NCBI GenBank assembly: GCA_938045955.1
Contig: CALIBK010000043.1
Span: 1 to 62,496, forward strand
DNA from: an uncultured bacterium
GTDB lineage: Bacteria > Desulfobacterota > BSN033 > UBA1163
DNA: 62,496 nt
Reading direction: 5' to 3'
Of the stretch, positions 8,250 to 16,856 are shown in pieces (the stretch's first letter is position 1; every line of letters starts with the position of its first letter). Under the pieces are notes generated by a model. That model was not told the DNA's origin and did no database searches. It was given only the letters and a program-made list of their open reading frames with translations. The translations under genes were made by a program, and so were the position numbers.

Positions 8250-9767
8250 TTAAAAAATGTCTGCTGAAAAGATGTAGATCTCTGTGTCTTTATCTTTCCA
8301 GGCACTGGGAGGAAGGCCTGCTTTCTGACAGGTATGCTCTAAGAAGGTCTGACGGTCCCATCCGTATTCGGTAGCAACCTGAGGGAGAAGAAGTCCTGAA
8401 AACCACCCCTTCTTGATATAGATTCCATGTTTTCCCACCTCGATCTCATTGATATCGGTGATCTTTTTGAGTGGGGTCAACACCGAGATTTCTATATCAA
8501 GCTCTGGGAGTTCCTTTTCAGTCACGGGGCTAAATCTTGGATCACGAAAGGCTGCCGCCTCGGCCATCTCTTCGATTGTCTTATAAAGAGGTCCATGGCC
8601 TTCAATGTATCCAATACATCCTCTCAATTGTCCTCTTTTGTGAATAGAGACGAAAGCCCCCCGATTCTCTTTTAATGCAGGCGAGTCCACTTTAAATTCG
8701 GGTACAGGTTTTCCTCTCACTTTATTCTCAATCACGGTCTTTGCAATCTGGTGAAGGATCTTCTTCTCCTGGTCACTTAATCCCAGATCCACCCCTATTT
8801 TTTTCTCTCCTTTCATCTTGGTTTCTCCTCCTTTGGCCCTAAAAAGGACGGCCGAAGTGTATCCCACCACACGACTCCGATCTCCTGTCACATCTCCTGA
8901 ATTAAGATATTTAAGAACTTTTCCTCGATTGGCCCCCAAGGCTCTGGCAGCCAGAAGGACTGTCACGACAGGCCCCCCTCCACAGGCTTCACACCGCCCT
9001 TTTTTTAGATCCTGGGACAATCCCTCAGGATCAAATCTTTCGAGATGTTTGAGCACGATCTGATCCAGACGAACAGCCTCCTCATATCCATGGAAATGGG
9101 AAAGATCTGTACTGGCTACAAGAAGAACCCTTTTCCCTTTGACCGTTTCTGATATGGCTGAGGCCAGGGCTTGAGAGCTCTCCCAGCTCCAGTAGGGCTC
9201 CATGACAATGGGAACCAGTTTAAATGTTTTTAAGACGACCTGGAGAAAGGGGATCTGAACCTCCAGGGAATGCTCTTCCCGGTGGGCTTCTGGAATAAAT
9301 CTAAGCCCGTTCCACTTTGCCATCATCTTCTTAGAAAGTTCAACATCTACAGGGACGATCCCGAGGGGAGTTCGATATCCTCCTCGTTCATAAATAGAGG
9401 CCCCTTTAAAATCCACCCGATGGCTCGGGGCGACCACAACGACAGAATCAAAGGGTTGGCCTTCGATCAACTTATACCCGTAGGCAGCGACCTGCCCGGA
9501 GTACATATAACCGGCATGGGGGGAGATGAGCGCTACGATCTCTCCTTCAACAGGCTCCTTTCTTACATTCTCAAGATACTTTTTGATCTCACTCAAAAGA
9601 GTGGCTGGATGATCAGGATAAAACATTCCCGAAACGGCAGGTTCTCTTATCTCACCCATACCAACCTCCTTTCCCTTTTTGGGACCCTGAGCCTCACATC
9701 CTATTTCCAGAAGAATCAGTATGCTGAAAATAACGGGAAAAGAAAGAACTCTTTTGATTCGGGTCAT
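8250..9767 (-). CDS. Fusion protein: N-terminal signal peptide + Memo-like domain (AmmeMemoRadiSam system protein B) + AMMECR1 domain (system protein A)
   Basis: Part of ORF 8250..9815. The ATG at 9767 has AGGTGA 7 nt upstream and avoids overlap with dtd. Memo motifs: AVSGMFYP, ISPHAGYMYSG, CGGGPV. AMMECR1 motifs: GAFVSIHKRGQLRGCIGYI, RDPRF, GLLLPQV. The N-terminus reads MTRIKRVLSFPVIFSILILLEIGCEAQG. Confidence 0.8.
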   Translation of the reverse strand: MTRIKRVLSFPVIFSILILLEIGCEAQGPKKGKEVGMGEIREPAVSGMFYPDHPATLLSEIKKYLENVRKEPVEGEIVALISPHAGYMYSGQVAAYGYKLIEGQPFDSVVVVAPSHRVDFKGASIYERGGYRTPLGIVPVDVELSKKMMAKWNGLRFIPEAHREEHSLEVQIPFLQVVLKTFKLVPIVMEPYWSWESSQALASAISETVKGKRVLLVASTDLSHFHGYEEAVRLDQIVLKHLERFDPEGLSQDLKKGRCEACGGGPVVTVLLAARALGANRGKVLKYLNSGDVTGDRSRVVGYTSAVLFRAKGGETKMKGEKKIGVDLGLSDQEKKILHQIAKTVIENKVRGKPVPEFKVDSPALKENRGAFVSIHKRGQLRGCIGYIEGHGPLYKTIEEMAEAAAFRDPRFSPVTEKELPELDIEISVLTPLKKITDINEIEVGKHGIYIKKGWFSGLLLPQVATEYGWDRQTFLEHTCQKAGLPPSAWKDKDTEIYIFSADIF

Positions 9768-9774
9768 TCCCCCA

Positions 9775-10218
9775 TCACCTTCGGCTATCGAGAAGCAATG
9801 TGACAGGACCGTCATTTACGAGGTGAACCTCCATCCTGGCCTGGAATTCTCCTGTTTGGACGGGAATTCCCTGTTCCTTCAATTTTAATATCAATTGCTC
9901 ATAGAGCCTTTTTGCAAGGGTAGGTTCTTCTGCTTCTGTAAAAGAGGGTCTCCTTCCTTTTCGACAATCTCCGTAGAGAGTGAATTGGGAGACGACCAAC
10001 ATCTCTCCTTTAATCTCTTTTAACGAGAGATTGAACTTCCCTTCAGAATCTTCAAAAATTCGAAGGTCAGGGAGCTTGGAGGCTAAAAAGGAGAGATCTT
10101 CTTCGCTATCCCCCCGGCCTATCCCGATAAAGACCAGTAACCCCTTCCCAATCTTTCCAATGGACCTATCATTGACCAGGACCTCTGCTGATTTAACTCG
10201 TTGGACCACTGCTCTCAT
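9775..10218 (-). CDS. dtd: D-aminoacyl-tRNA deacylase
   Basis: MRAVVQRV...LLVFIGIG..D....L..K...LRIFED..GK.N.S......[18 protein letters not shown]. Full-length, 147 aa. Confidence 0.93.
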   Translation of the reverse strand: MRAVVQRVKSAEVLVNDRSIGKIGKGLLVFIGIGRGDSEEDLSFLASKLPDLRIFEDSEGKFNLSLKEIKGEMLVVSQFTLYGDCRKGRRPSFTEAEEPTLAKRLYEQLILKLKEQGIPVQTGEFQARMEVHLVNDGPVTLLLDSRR

Positions 10219-10275
10219 AAAAATTTAGATTCTTGAAATTCAGATTTCGAATTTCGAATGTTTGATGAATTCAGG

Positions 10276-12372
10276 TCAGTCCTCCTTTCCCTTCTCTTTC
10301 TTGGCCTGTGCAATAATCTTCTCAGCAAGGTGGGATGGAACCTCTTCATAATGAGAGAATTCCATGGTGAAGGTTCCTCTTCCTCCGGTCTTTGAGTTCA
10401 GGTCCGGGGCATATTTGAGCATTTCGGCCATGGGGACATTGGCTTGAATGACCTGATAATTCCCTTTCGCATCTACCTTTAAGACCCTTCCACGACGACT
10501 ATTGAGATCTCCGATGACATCTCCAATCGTCTCTTCCGGTGCAATGACCTCCACCTTCATAATGGGTTCGAGGAGGACTGGATTGGCCTCTGCGATCCCT
10601 TTTTTGAAACACATGATGGCTGCGATCTTGAAGGCCATTTCAGAGGAGTCCACTTCATGGGATTTTCCATCGTAGAATCGGACCTTCACGTCCACCACAG
10701 GATACCCTGCTAATACTCCGCTCTGCATAGCCTCATGGATTCCCTTCTCCACAGCGGGCACAAAATTCCTTGGAACATTCATTCCGACCAGAGCATTCTC
10801 AAATTCAAATCCCGCTCCTCGTGGAAGAGGGGAAATATCGAAATGAACCTCTGCAAACTGGCCCCTCCCTCCGGTCTGTTTCTTATGGCGATAAATCACC
10901 CCTGTTTTCGTTCCCCGAATCGTCTCTTTGTATGGAACCTTGGGTGTGCTCAGGTTGACTTCCACCCCGAACTTCCTCTTTAGCTTTTCAACAATCACTT
11001 CGACATGGGTCTGACCCACACCCGAAAGAAGAATTTCTCCGGTCTGTTCATCTCGAGAAACCATCATCGTGGGATCTTCTTCGTGAAGACGGGCCAAGGA
11101 GGCCGTAATCTTTTCCTCATCCCCCTTCGCTTTTGGGGCGATTGCATAGGTGATCACGGGGAGGGGAACCTTTGTCTCTTCAAAAACGATGGGTTTCTTT
11201 TCGTCACAAAGGGTATCGCCGGTGGAGGTGTCTTTTAATTTTGCAACGGCCACAATATCTCCTACACTTGCAAATCCTATGGGTTTCTGTTTTTTCCCTT
11301 CCATCAGAAAGATCTGCCCGATTCTTTCCTTCACATCTTTCTTCGAATTGTAAACCGTTGAATCTGCATTGATGCTTCCTGAATACACCCTGAAGAGATT
11401 CAATTTTCCCGCAAAAGGATCGGCAATGGTTTTGAATATAAAGGCAGAGAAGGGAGCATCCTCCTTGGGCTCCCTGGTCTCAACCTCTCCTGTCTTGGGG
11501 TGCTTTCCCTGGATGGGCTTCTTTTCCAGAGGAGAAGGAAAACACTGGATCATTAAGTCAAGAAGGGGCTGGATCCCAATATTCTGAAGGGAAGACCCAC
11601 AAACCGCTGGAACCAGCCTTCTCTCAAGTGTTCCTTTCCGGAGACACCTTATTGCTTCTTCTATGGTAATCTCTCCTGATTCCAAATACTTTTCCATAAG
11701 CTGATCATCCATCTCAACGAGGGCCTCTATCAGCTTTTCACGAAAACGATTGACCTCCTCTTCCATCTCCGAGGGGATCTCCTTGACTTCAAACTGACCG
11801 CTTCCATCCCTCTGGTAGAGATAGGCCTTTTTCTGGATCAAATCGACTACCCCCTTAAATTCCCCGCTACTCCCGATGGGCAGTTGCACAGGAATCGAAG
11901 GCTGGGATGGGAATGCCTTTCTGACCTCCTCCACGACTTTTAGAAAATCGGCCCTCTCCATATCCATTTTACTGACGAAGAGGATTCGAGGAACTTCAAA
12001 CTCATTGGCATACGCCCAGACCGTTTCAGTTTGAACCTTTACCTCCGAATTAGCTCCAATGACGATAATGGCTCCATCCACTATCCTCATCGAAGCCTTT
12101 GCTTCAAAAATAAAATTGGCATACCCAGGGGTATCGACGATATAAAAAAAGTGTTTATTCCAATCAAAATGAGCTAAGGAGGCACTGATGCTGATCTTTC
12201 GATTGATCTCTTCCGGTTCGAAATCCATGATGGCGGATCCATCATCCACCCTGCCCAATCTGGTATTGATCCCTGTATCAAATAGGAGAGCCTCCACTAA
12301 AGAGGTCTTTCCCTCTCCTCCATGGCCAAAGGTTCCCACGTTTCGAATAAAATTAGGTTCCACCCGCCTCAT
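10276..12372 (-). CDS. Elongation factor G paralogue (EF-G II-like) with degenerate GTPase motifs
   Basis: 698 aa with the five-domain EF-G architecture (DTPG, domain II/III/IV/V motifs, GRGQFAEV, C-terminal EF-G_C). The G motifs deviate from the canonical ones (see findings). It is not in a str-operon context. Confidence 0.85.
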   Translation of the reverse strand: MRRVEPNFIRNVGTFGHGGEGKTSLVEALLFDTGINTRLGRVDDGSAIMDFEPEEINRKISISASLAHFDWNKHFFYIVDTPGYANFIFEAKASMRIVDGAIIVIGANSEVKVQTETVWAYANEFEVPRILFVSKMDMERADFLKVVEEVRKAFPSQPSIPVQLPIGSSGEFKGVVDLIQKKAYLYQRDGSGQFEVKEIPSEMEEEVNRFREKLIEALVEMDDQLMEKYLESGEITIEEAIRCLRKGTLERRLVPAVCGSSLQNIGIQPLLDLMIQCFPSPLEKKPIQGKHPKTGEVETREPKEDAPFSAFIFKTIADPFAGKLNLFRVYSGSINADSTVYNSKKDVKERIGQIFLMEGKKQKPIGFASVGDIVAVAKLKDTSTGDTLCDEKKPIVFEETKVPLPVITYAIAPKAKGDEEKITASLARLHEEDPTMMVSRDEQTGEILLSGVGQTHVEVIVEKLKRKFGVEVNLSTPKVPYKETIRGTKTGVIYRHKKQTGGRGQFAEVHFDISPLPRGAGFEFENALVGMNVPRNFVPAVEKGIHEAMQSGVLAGYPVVDVKVRFYDGKSHEVDSSEMAFKIAAIMCFKKGIAEANPVLLEPIMKVEVIAPEETIGDVIGDLNSRRGRVLKVDAKGNYQVIQANVPMAEMLKYAPDLNSKTGGRGTFTMEFSHYEEVPSHLAEKIIAQAKKEKGKED

Positions 12373-12465
12373 CTTATCTCCTTTCTCTTTTTTGCAAATT
12401 TCAATAAAGCACTAAATTTTTACTTATTTTTTCAATAAAAGTCAACTCTTCCGGCCCTGAAAAAA

Positions 12466-12494
12466 TTGACACCAAAATGGAATTCTCTTAGAAT
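12466..12494 (+). promoter_or_regulatory. Near-consensus sigma70 promoter (TTGACA - 17 nt - TAGAAT) for the DUF362 gene
   Basis: TTGACA at 12466-12471, 17-nt spacer, TAGAAT at 12489-12494, followed by GAGGT and the ATG at 12515. Confidence 0.5.
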
Positions 12495-12514
12495 CGATAG
12501 GGTAGAGGTCCACC

Positions 12515-13648
12515 ATGAAAAGTTCTGTCTTTTTTTCTGATCTTCGGGGAGAATCCAAAAGAACGCTTTTTGACAAATTAGACCTTCTTTTAGAACGGGT
12601 CCATCTGAAAGAAAAGATCAAGAAGAAAGATCTGGTGGCCATTAAACTTCACTTCGGGGAGAGGGGGAACACCGCCTATATCCGACCCATCTTTATTCGA
12701 AGGATTGTGGATCGGGTAAAGGATTATGAAGGAAAACCTTTCTTGACCGATACGAACACCCTTTATCTGGGATCCCGGAGTGATGCGGTTTCCCATTTAA
12801 TGACTGCCTCTCAGCATGGTTTCACAGAATCCGTCGTTGGAGCTCCTGTATTGATTGCAGATGGCCTGCGGGGAAATAGTACCATCAAAGTTAAAATCGA
12901 TAAAGCCTTTTTTAAAACTGTCTCTATTGCACAGGCCATCCATATGGCCGATGTCCTTATTGTCGTCACCCATTTTAAAGGACATGAGCTCTGCGGTTTT
13001 GGAGGGGCCCTAAAAAACTTAGGAATGGGATGCTCAAGCCGGGAAGGAAAGTTAAGTCAGCACTCCAATATCTCCCCCAAGGTGAAGGAGAAGCTCTGTA
13101 AGGGATGTGAGAGCTGCTTGGGCTGGTGCCCCTCAGGGGCTATCTCTATTCTTTATCTTGAAGGCGAAGCCCAAACGAATCGCAGGGTCGCCCGAATTTA
13201 TCCCCAAAAATGTATTGGATGTGGAGAATGCATCCTGGCCTGTCCTTCGGGTGCCATCCAAATCCAATGGAATGAATCTATTCCCATTTTTCAGAAAAAG
13301 ATGATCGAATACGCCTATGGGGCCCTCATGAACAAAAAGGGAAAGACCCTCTTCGTCAATTTTCTTACCCAGATTTCTCCTGCCTGTGATTGTTATGGAT
13401 ATTCGGACACACCCATTGTCGGGGATATTGGAATTCTATCCTCAGAGGATCCCGTAGCGATTGATCAGGCCTCTGTGGATCTGGTGAATCGGGAAGAAGG
13501 AAATCGATCCTCCAGGCTTCCTAAGAACTGGGAGCCCGGGGAGGATAAATTTCGTGCTCTTTACCCTGAAGTGGATTGGAGTATTCAACTCTCTTATGCT
13601 GAGGAGATCGGATTGGGAAATCGGAAATATGAGCTTATCCCTTTATGA
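12515..13648 (+). CDS. DUF362 domain protein with an internal 2x[4Fe-4S] ferredoxin insertion
   Basis: DUF362-type N-terminus (VAIKLHFGERGNTAYIRP...FLTDTNTLY). Two CxxCxxCxxxCP motifs (CKGCESCLGWCP, CIGCGECILACP). The C-terminal ACDCYGY lies in the DUF362 core. Confidence 0.75.
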   Translation: MKSSVFFSDLRGESKRTLFDKLDLLLERVHLKEKIKKKDLVAIKLHFGERGNTAYIRPIFIRRIVDRVKDYEGKPFLTDTNTLYLGSRSDAVSHLMTASQHGFTESVVGAPVLIADGLRGNSTIKVKIDKAFFKTVSIAQAIHMADVLIVVTHFKGHELCGFGGALKNLGMGCSSREGKLSQHSNISPKVKEKLCKGCESCLGWCPSGAISILYLEGEAQTNRRVARIYPQKCIGCGECILACPSGAIQIQWNESIPIFQKKMIEYAYGALMNKKGKTLFVNFLTQISPACDCYGYSDTPIVGDIGILSSEDPVAIDQASVDLVNREEGNRSSRLPKNWEPGEDKFRALYPEVDWSIQLSYAEEIGLGNRKYELIPL

Positions 13649-13661
13649 TCAGACCATCGTC

Positions 13662-14399
13662 TCAATATTTAACCTCTTTTAAAAACAAACCGTGAGGAGG
13701 GGCAGTGGGGCCAGCCTTTCTTCGATCCCTGGAATGAAGGATCTCTTTGAATTCTTCAGGGCTGATCTTTCCCTTTCCTACTTCAACCAGAGTCCCTACA
13801 ATTGTTCTGACCATCTGTTTTAAAAACCCATTGGCCTCTATTTCAAAACATAGGATTCCTTCTCGAGTTCTCTTCCAATCTGCTCGTAACACCCTTCGGA
13901 TAGGGCTCTTGATCGGGGTTCCGGAGGATTTAAAGGACGAAAAATCATGTTCTCCAATGAGTGACCGAGCCGCCTCTTCCATGGCCTCCCGATTCAACTT
14001 TTGAGGAATATGCCAGACGTAATAACGATGGAAGACAGATCGTAGGGGTCGGTTGAGGATTCGATATTCATAGACTTTGCTGATAGCCATCTTCCTGGCA
14101 TCAAAATCACTGTTCACTTCCTCTACTTTCTTAACAAGAATATCTTTAGGGAGAAGGCTATTCAGGGCACGCTGGAGGGAATGGATATCTATAGGACTTC
14201 GAGTCTTAAAATGGGCCACCTGTGCTAATGCATGAACCCCAGCATCTGTTCTGCCTGAGCCAACCACATGAATCTCCTCTCCAGTAATCCGCTTCAGGCA
14301 ATCTTCAAGAACCCCCTGGATCGTTTTCCCACCAGGCTGAGTCTGCCAACCCAAATAATCTGTACCATCATATTCGATGATCAGTTTGATAATCCGCAT
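13662..14399 (-). CDS. truA: tRNA pseudouridine(38-40) synthase
   Basis: YDGT.Y.GWQ.Q; GSGRTDAGVHA catalytic motif. 245 aa. Confidence 0.93.
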   Translation of the reverse strand: MRIIKLIIEYDGTDYLGWQTQPGGKTIQGVLEDCLKRITGEEIHVVGSGRTDAGVHALAQVAHFKTRSPIDIHSLQRALNSLLPKDILVKKVEEVNSDFDARKMAISKVYEYRILNRPLRSVFHRYYVWHIPQKLNREAMEEAARSLIGEHDFSSFKSSGTPIKSPIRRVLRADWKRTREGILCFEIEANGFLKQMVRTIVGTLVEVGKGKISPEEFKEILHSRDRRKAGPTAPPHGLFLKEVKY

Positions 14400-14449
14400 T
14401 TGGAACAGTTAAAATTTTGATTTTTCTCTTTTCAAAATAGATGGATTGA

Positions 14450-14470
14450 TTTTGAATTTTGAATTTTGAA
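14450..14470. repeat. Three perfect tandem TTTTGAA heptamers in the gap between the DUF362 gene and truA
   Basis: TTTTGAA TTTTGAA TTTTGAA at 14450-14470, with degenerate flanking units (GGATTGA before, TTTA after). Confidence 0.8.
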
Positions 14471-14474
14471 TTTA

Positions 14475-15611
14475 TCATTTCATTTTTCGGACTTGATGAT
14501 ACAACTTTATCCCCCATCCAGGTTTGATCTGGATGGCCCCTTCAGGACAGACCTCCTGACAGCAGAAGCATCGGATACATCGACCATAATGAAAGGATGG
14601 ACTCTTAGCCTCCCAATGTAGGGATTGGGCTGGACAAATCTCTATACATTGTCCGCATCTTTTGCAGAGTTCTTTCCTCAGGACAGGTTTAGAGCTCAAA
14701 GTATTTTTAAGAAGTCTATTAAAAAAATCAGGAAGTCCCCAATTCATGGAATCGAGTTTAGGAAGCTCGAATCTGGAGATTTTTACTTCCTCAATCTTCT
14801 CTCCGACAATCTCAATCCCATCTCCCCCCATTCCTGCTTCTAAGGCCACTCGATTCGTCATCAATGAAACTCTCGGAATATCAAGGAGGTCACAGATGAC
14901 TTGATCCAGGCTGAGTGCATCGGTACTGGCTATAATCAAACCCAAAGGAATAGGTCGACCGCTATTCGGCCCATTTCCATCCATTCCGACCACCCCATCC
15001 AACACAGTGAGAGAGGGTGAGATGATTTGATAGAGGTCCACCAAGACCTGAGCAAATCTCTTCCGGTCCCCTCCTGTTTTTAAATGCCAGAGTGCCTTTC
15101 TGGGACCCGGAATACATCCGAAAAGATTTTTGACCCCGAGGGTAAGAAGCATCTGCCCATGGGTCTTCCATTTCGGGAGATTGATAATAACATCGGCCTC
15201 CAGCACCCTTTGATCAATTTCAATGGATTTAAAGAAGTATCCTTTTCTACGAGTGGAGGGAACGGGTCTGTTGAATTCGACCAAAGGACAATCGAGTTCC
15301 TCCGTAACCCTCTTTATCCCTGCCTTTTCGGCTGTTTTGACCAATCCTCCGAGAGCAGGGCTATCCCCAATAAAGGGTCTTCCCCCTGCTTCGCGGACCA
15401 TTTGAATCATCCCTTTTACAATTGCCGGGTGAGTCGTGACAGCGTTCTCCGGAGCCTTCCCGTAAAGGAGATTGGGTTTGAGAAGGACTCGATCTCCTTC
15501 GTTTACAAATCTTCGAATCCCTCCCATTAAATTAATCGCTTTTTGGAGGGTTTTAAAGACTTCCTCTTCCTCATAGGTCTGGCATCGCACGATGGAGACC
15601 TTCTCGCCCAT
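14475..15611 (-). CDS. DUF362 domain protein with a C-terminal 2x[4Fe-4S] ferredoxin domain
   Basis: DUF362 core (VLLKPNLL, INLPKWKTHGQMLLTLGVKNLFG, VLDGVVGMDGNGP). C-terminal CKRCGQCIEICP and CIRCFCCQEVCP. Confidence 0.75.
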   Translation of the reverse strand: MGEKVSIVRCQTYEEEEVFKTLQKAINLMGGIRRFVNEGDRVLLKPNLLYGKAPENAVTTHPAIVKGMIQMVREAGGRPFIGDSPALGGLVKTAEKAGIKRVTEELDCPLVEFNRPVPSTRRKGYFFKSIEIDQRVLEADVIINLPKWKTHGQMLLTLGVKNLFGCIPGPRKALWHLKTGGDRKRFAQVLVDLYQIISPSLTVLDGVVGMDGNGPNSGRPIPLGLIIASTDALSLDQVICDLLDIPRVSLMTNRVALEAGMGGDGIEIVGEKIEEVKISRFELPKLDSMNWGLPDFFNRLLKNTLSSKPVLRKELCKRCGQCIEICPAQSLHWEAKSPSFHYGRCIRCFCCQEVCPEGAIQIKPGWGIKLYHQVRKMK

Positions 15612-16097
15612 CTATCCTAATCTCTCCTTACCCGTCACCTCTTCGATAGAGATCTCGATCACCGCGGTCTTCTCGAGGATCTCTTGCGAAATCTCTCCAT
15701 ATCCTCCCTCGGGTTGATACTTCTCCATCATTCGCTCAAGGATCTTTCTTTTTCTCTCTCTGTCGTGAATAAGAGTTCCTTTCCCTTTCACAATCACACT
15801 TCTGTAATAAGTGTGGGCTTTGCAGGGGGAGTCTTGAGTAGCCCCATAGGCCACCAGTTCATCCACTTCAAAACAGACCGGGGAACCCCTTCGAAGATCC
15901 TCCATCTTTTCTCCTGTTTGGGAGGAATGAATATAGATCTTTCCATCCTCATAGAGAAAGTGAACAGGTTTAATTACAGGAATCCCATTCGGATTGACGG
16001 TTGCTATTCTCCCCACCCATGTCCTTTTAAGGAGAAACTCCATTGTCTCCTTATCCTTGAACTCTCTATCCTGGCGGCGCATTCCCGTCCTCTTCAT
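15612..16097 (-). CDS. Pyridoxamine 5'-phosphate oxidase-like (split beta-barrel flavin-binding) family protein
   Basis: MRRQDREFKDKETMEFLLKRTWVGRIATVNPNGIPVIKPVHFLYEDGKIYIHSS..GEK matches the PNPOx-like family pattern. Its stop codon abuts the start of the downstream DUF362 gene. Confidence 0.7.
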   Translation of the reverse strand: MKRTGMRRQDREFKDKETMEFLLKRTWVGRIATVNPNGIPVIKPVHFLYEDGKIYIHSSQTGEKMEDLRRGSPVCFEVDELVAYGATQDSPCKAHTYYRSVIVKGKGTLIHDRERKRKILERMMEKYQPEGGYGEISQEILEKTAVIEISIEEVTGKERLG

Positions 16098-16106
16098 TTT
16101 ATGGGT

Positions 16107-16823
16107 TTATATCCTGATCACCCCTTCTCTGAAAATCGGGACAACTTCAGAGATATCCGTCTGGGCACAATAGAGAAGATCTTCCCCAAAACCCTTTTCG
16201 ACCAAATCTCTCCCGTGGCGGGAAGTATAAAACACTTCGATGAGATTTCCTTTAAACTTTTCGTAGAGAATTCTTGCAGCCACAGCTGCATCGGTGAGTT
16301 GAATGGATGCTTTCTCTTCGACCATTTTCTCGATCAGCATTCCTCCACAGACAACATCTTCCAGGGAAAAATTCCCTTCATCTCCAGAGGCAAAAATGAG
16401 AAGGTCCTCTTTATGGGAGAGACAATACTTTGCAATCGCTCTGAGATTGAAAAAACAAGCCGCGAGGACCTCTTTCCCTGAAGAGACCAGATCGAAGGCT
16501 CTGGTTCCGTTGGTGGTGGTGAGAATGATTCTTTTCCCAAGGATTCTTTCAGCGATATATTCCTTCGGAGAATTACCAAGATCGAATCCCTCGATCCTGA
16601 GGCTATTTCTCTCCCCTCCTAAAAGGGTTGTTCCCCGGGGAAAGGTTTTTGCCTTTTGAAAGGCTTCTTCCACCTTAGCCACTGGAATAATCTCCGCCGC
16701 CCCCTCGGAAAGGGCCTTCACGATGACCGAGGTGGCCCGAAGGACATCGATCACGATCGCAATTCTGTCAGAAAGGGTGATGGGATCCGGGGGGACAGGA
16801 ATGAATCGAATATCAATTTCCAT
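16107..16823 (-). CDS. comB: 2-phosphosulfolactate phosphatase family protein (ComB-like)
   Basis: VIDVLRATSVIV.AL..GA..I.PV; ERNSLRIEGFDLGNSP; TTTNGTRA. These are ComB family motifs. Confidence 0.75.
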   Translation of the reverse strand: MEIDIRFIPVPPDPITLSDRIAIVIDVLRATSVIVKALSEGAAEIIPVAKVEEAFQKAKTFPRGTTLLGGERNSLRIEGFDLGNSPKEYIAERILGKRIILTTTNGTRAFDLVSSGKEVLAACFFNLRAIAKYCLSHKEDLLIFASGDEGNFSLEDVVCGGMLIEKMVEEKASIQLTDAAVAARILYEKFKGNLIEVFYTSRHGRDLVEKGFGEDLLYCAQTDISEVVPIFREGVIRI

Positions 16824-16856
16824 GAAAACGGAACTCCGTACTATGGGTGTTAAAAT

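Noticed and set aside
8156-8374. A 72-aa ORF, and a 17-codon ATG ORF at 8160, starting in the convergent gap after the mrp operon, next to AAGGAG.
   Set aside because: The long ORF runs antisense into the AMMECR1 coding region. Its GTG overlaps the SD-like string, so there is no spacing. The short ORF has no supporting features. No conservation can be assessed.
15684-16481. A 265-aa ORF on the plus strand spanning the PNPOx and ComB genes. Similar long antisense ORFs occur at 2385-2933, 9270-9803, 21743-22249, 27834-28367 and 24401-24835.
   Set aside because: All lie exactly antisense to confidently identified genes. They have Ser/Leu/Pro/Arg-rich low-complexity composition, no RBS, and no recognisable motifs. 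They are typical stop-free shadow frames of real genes.
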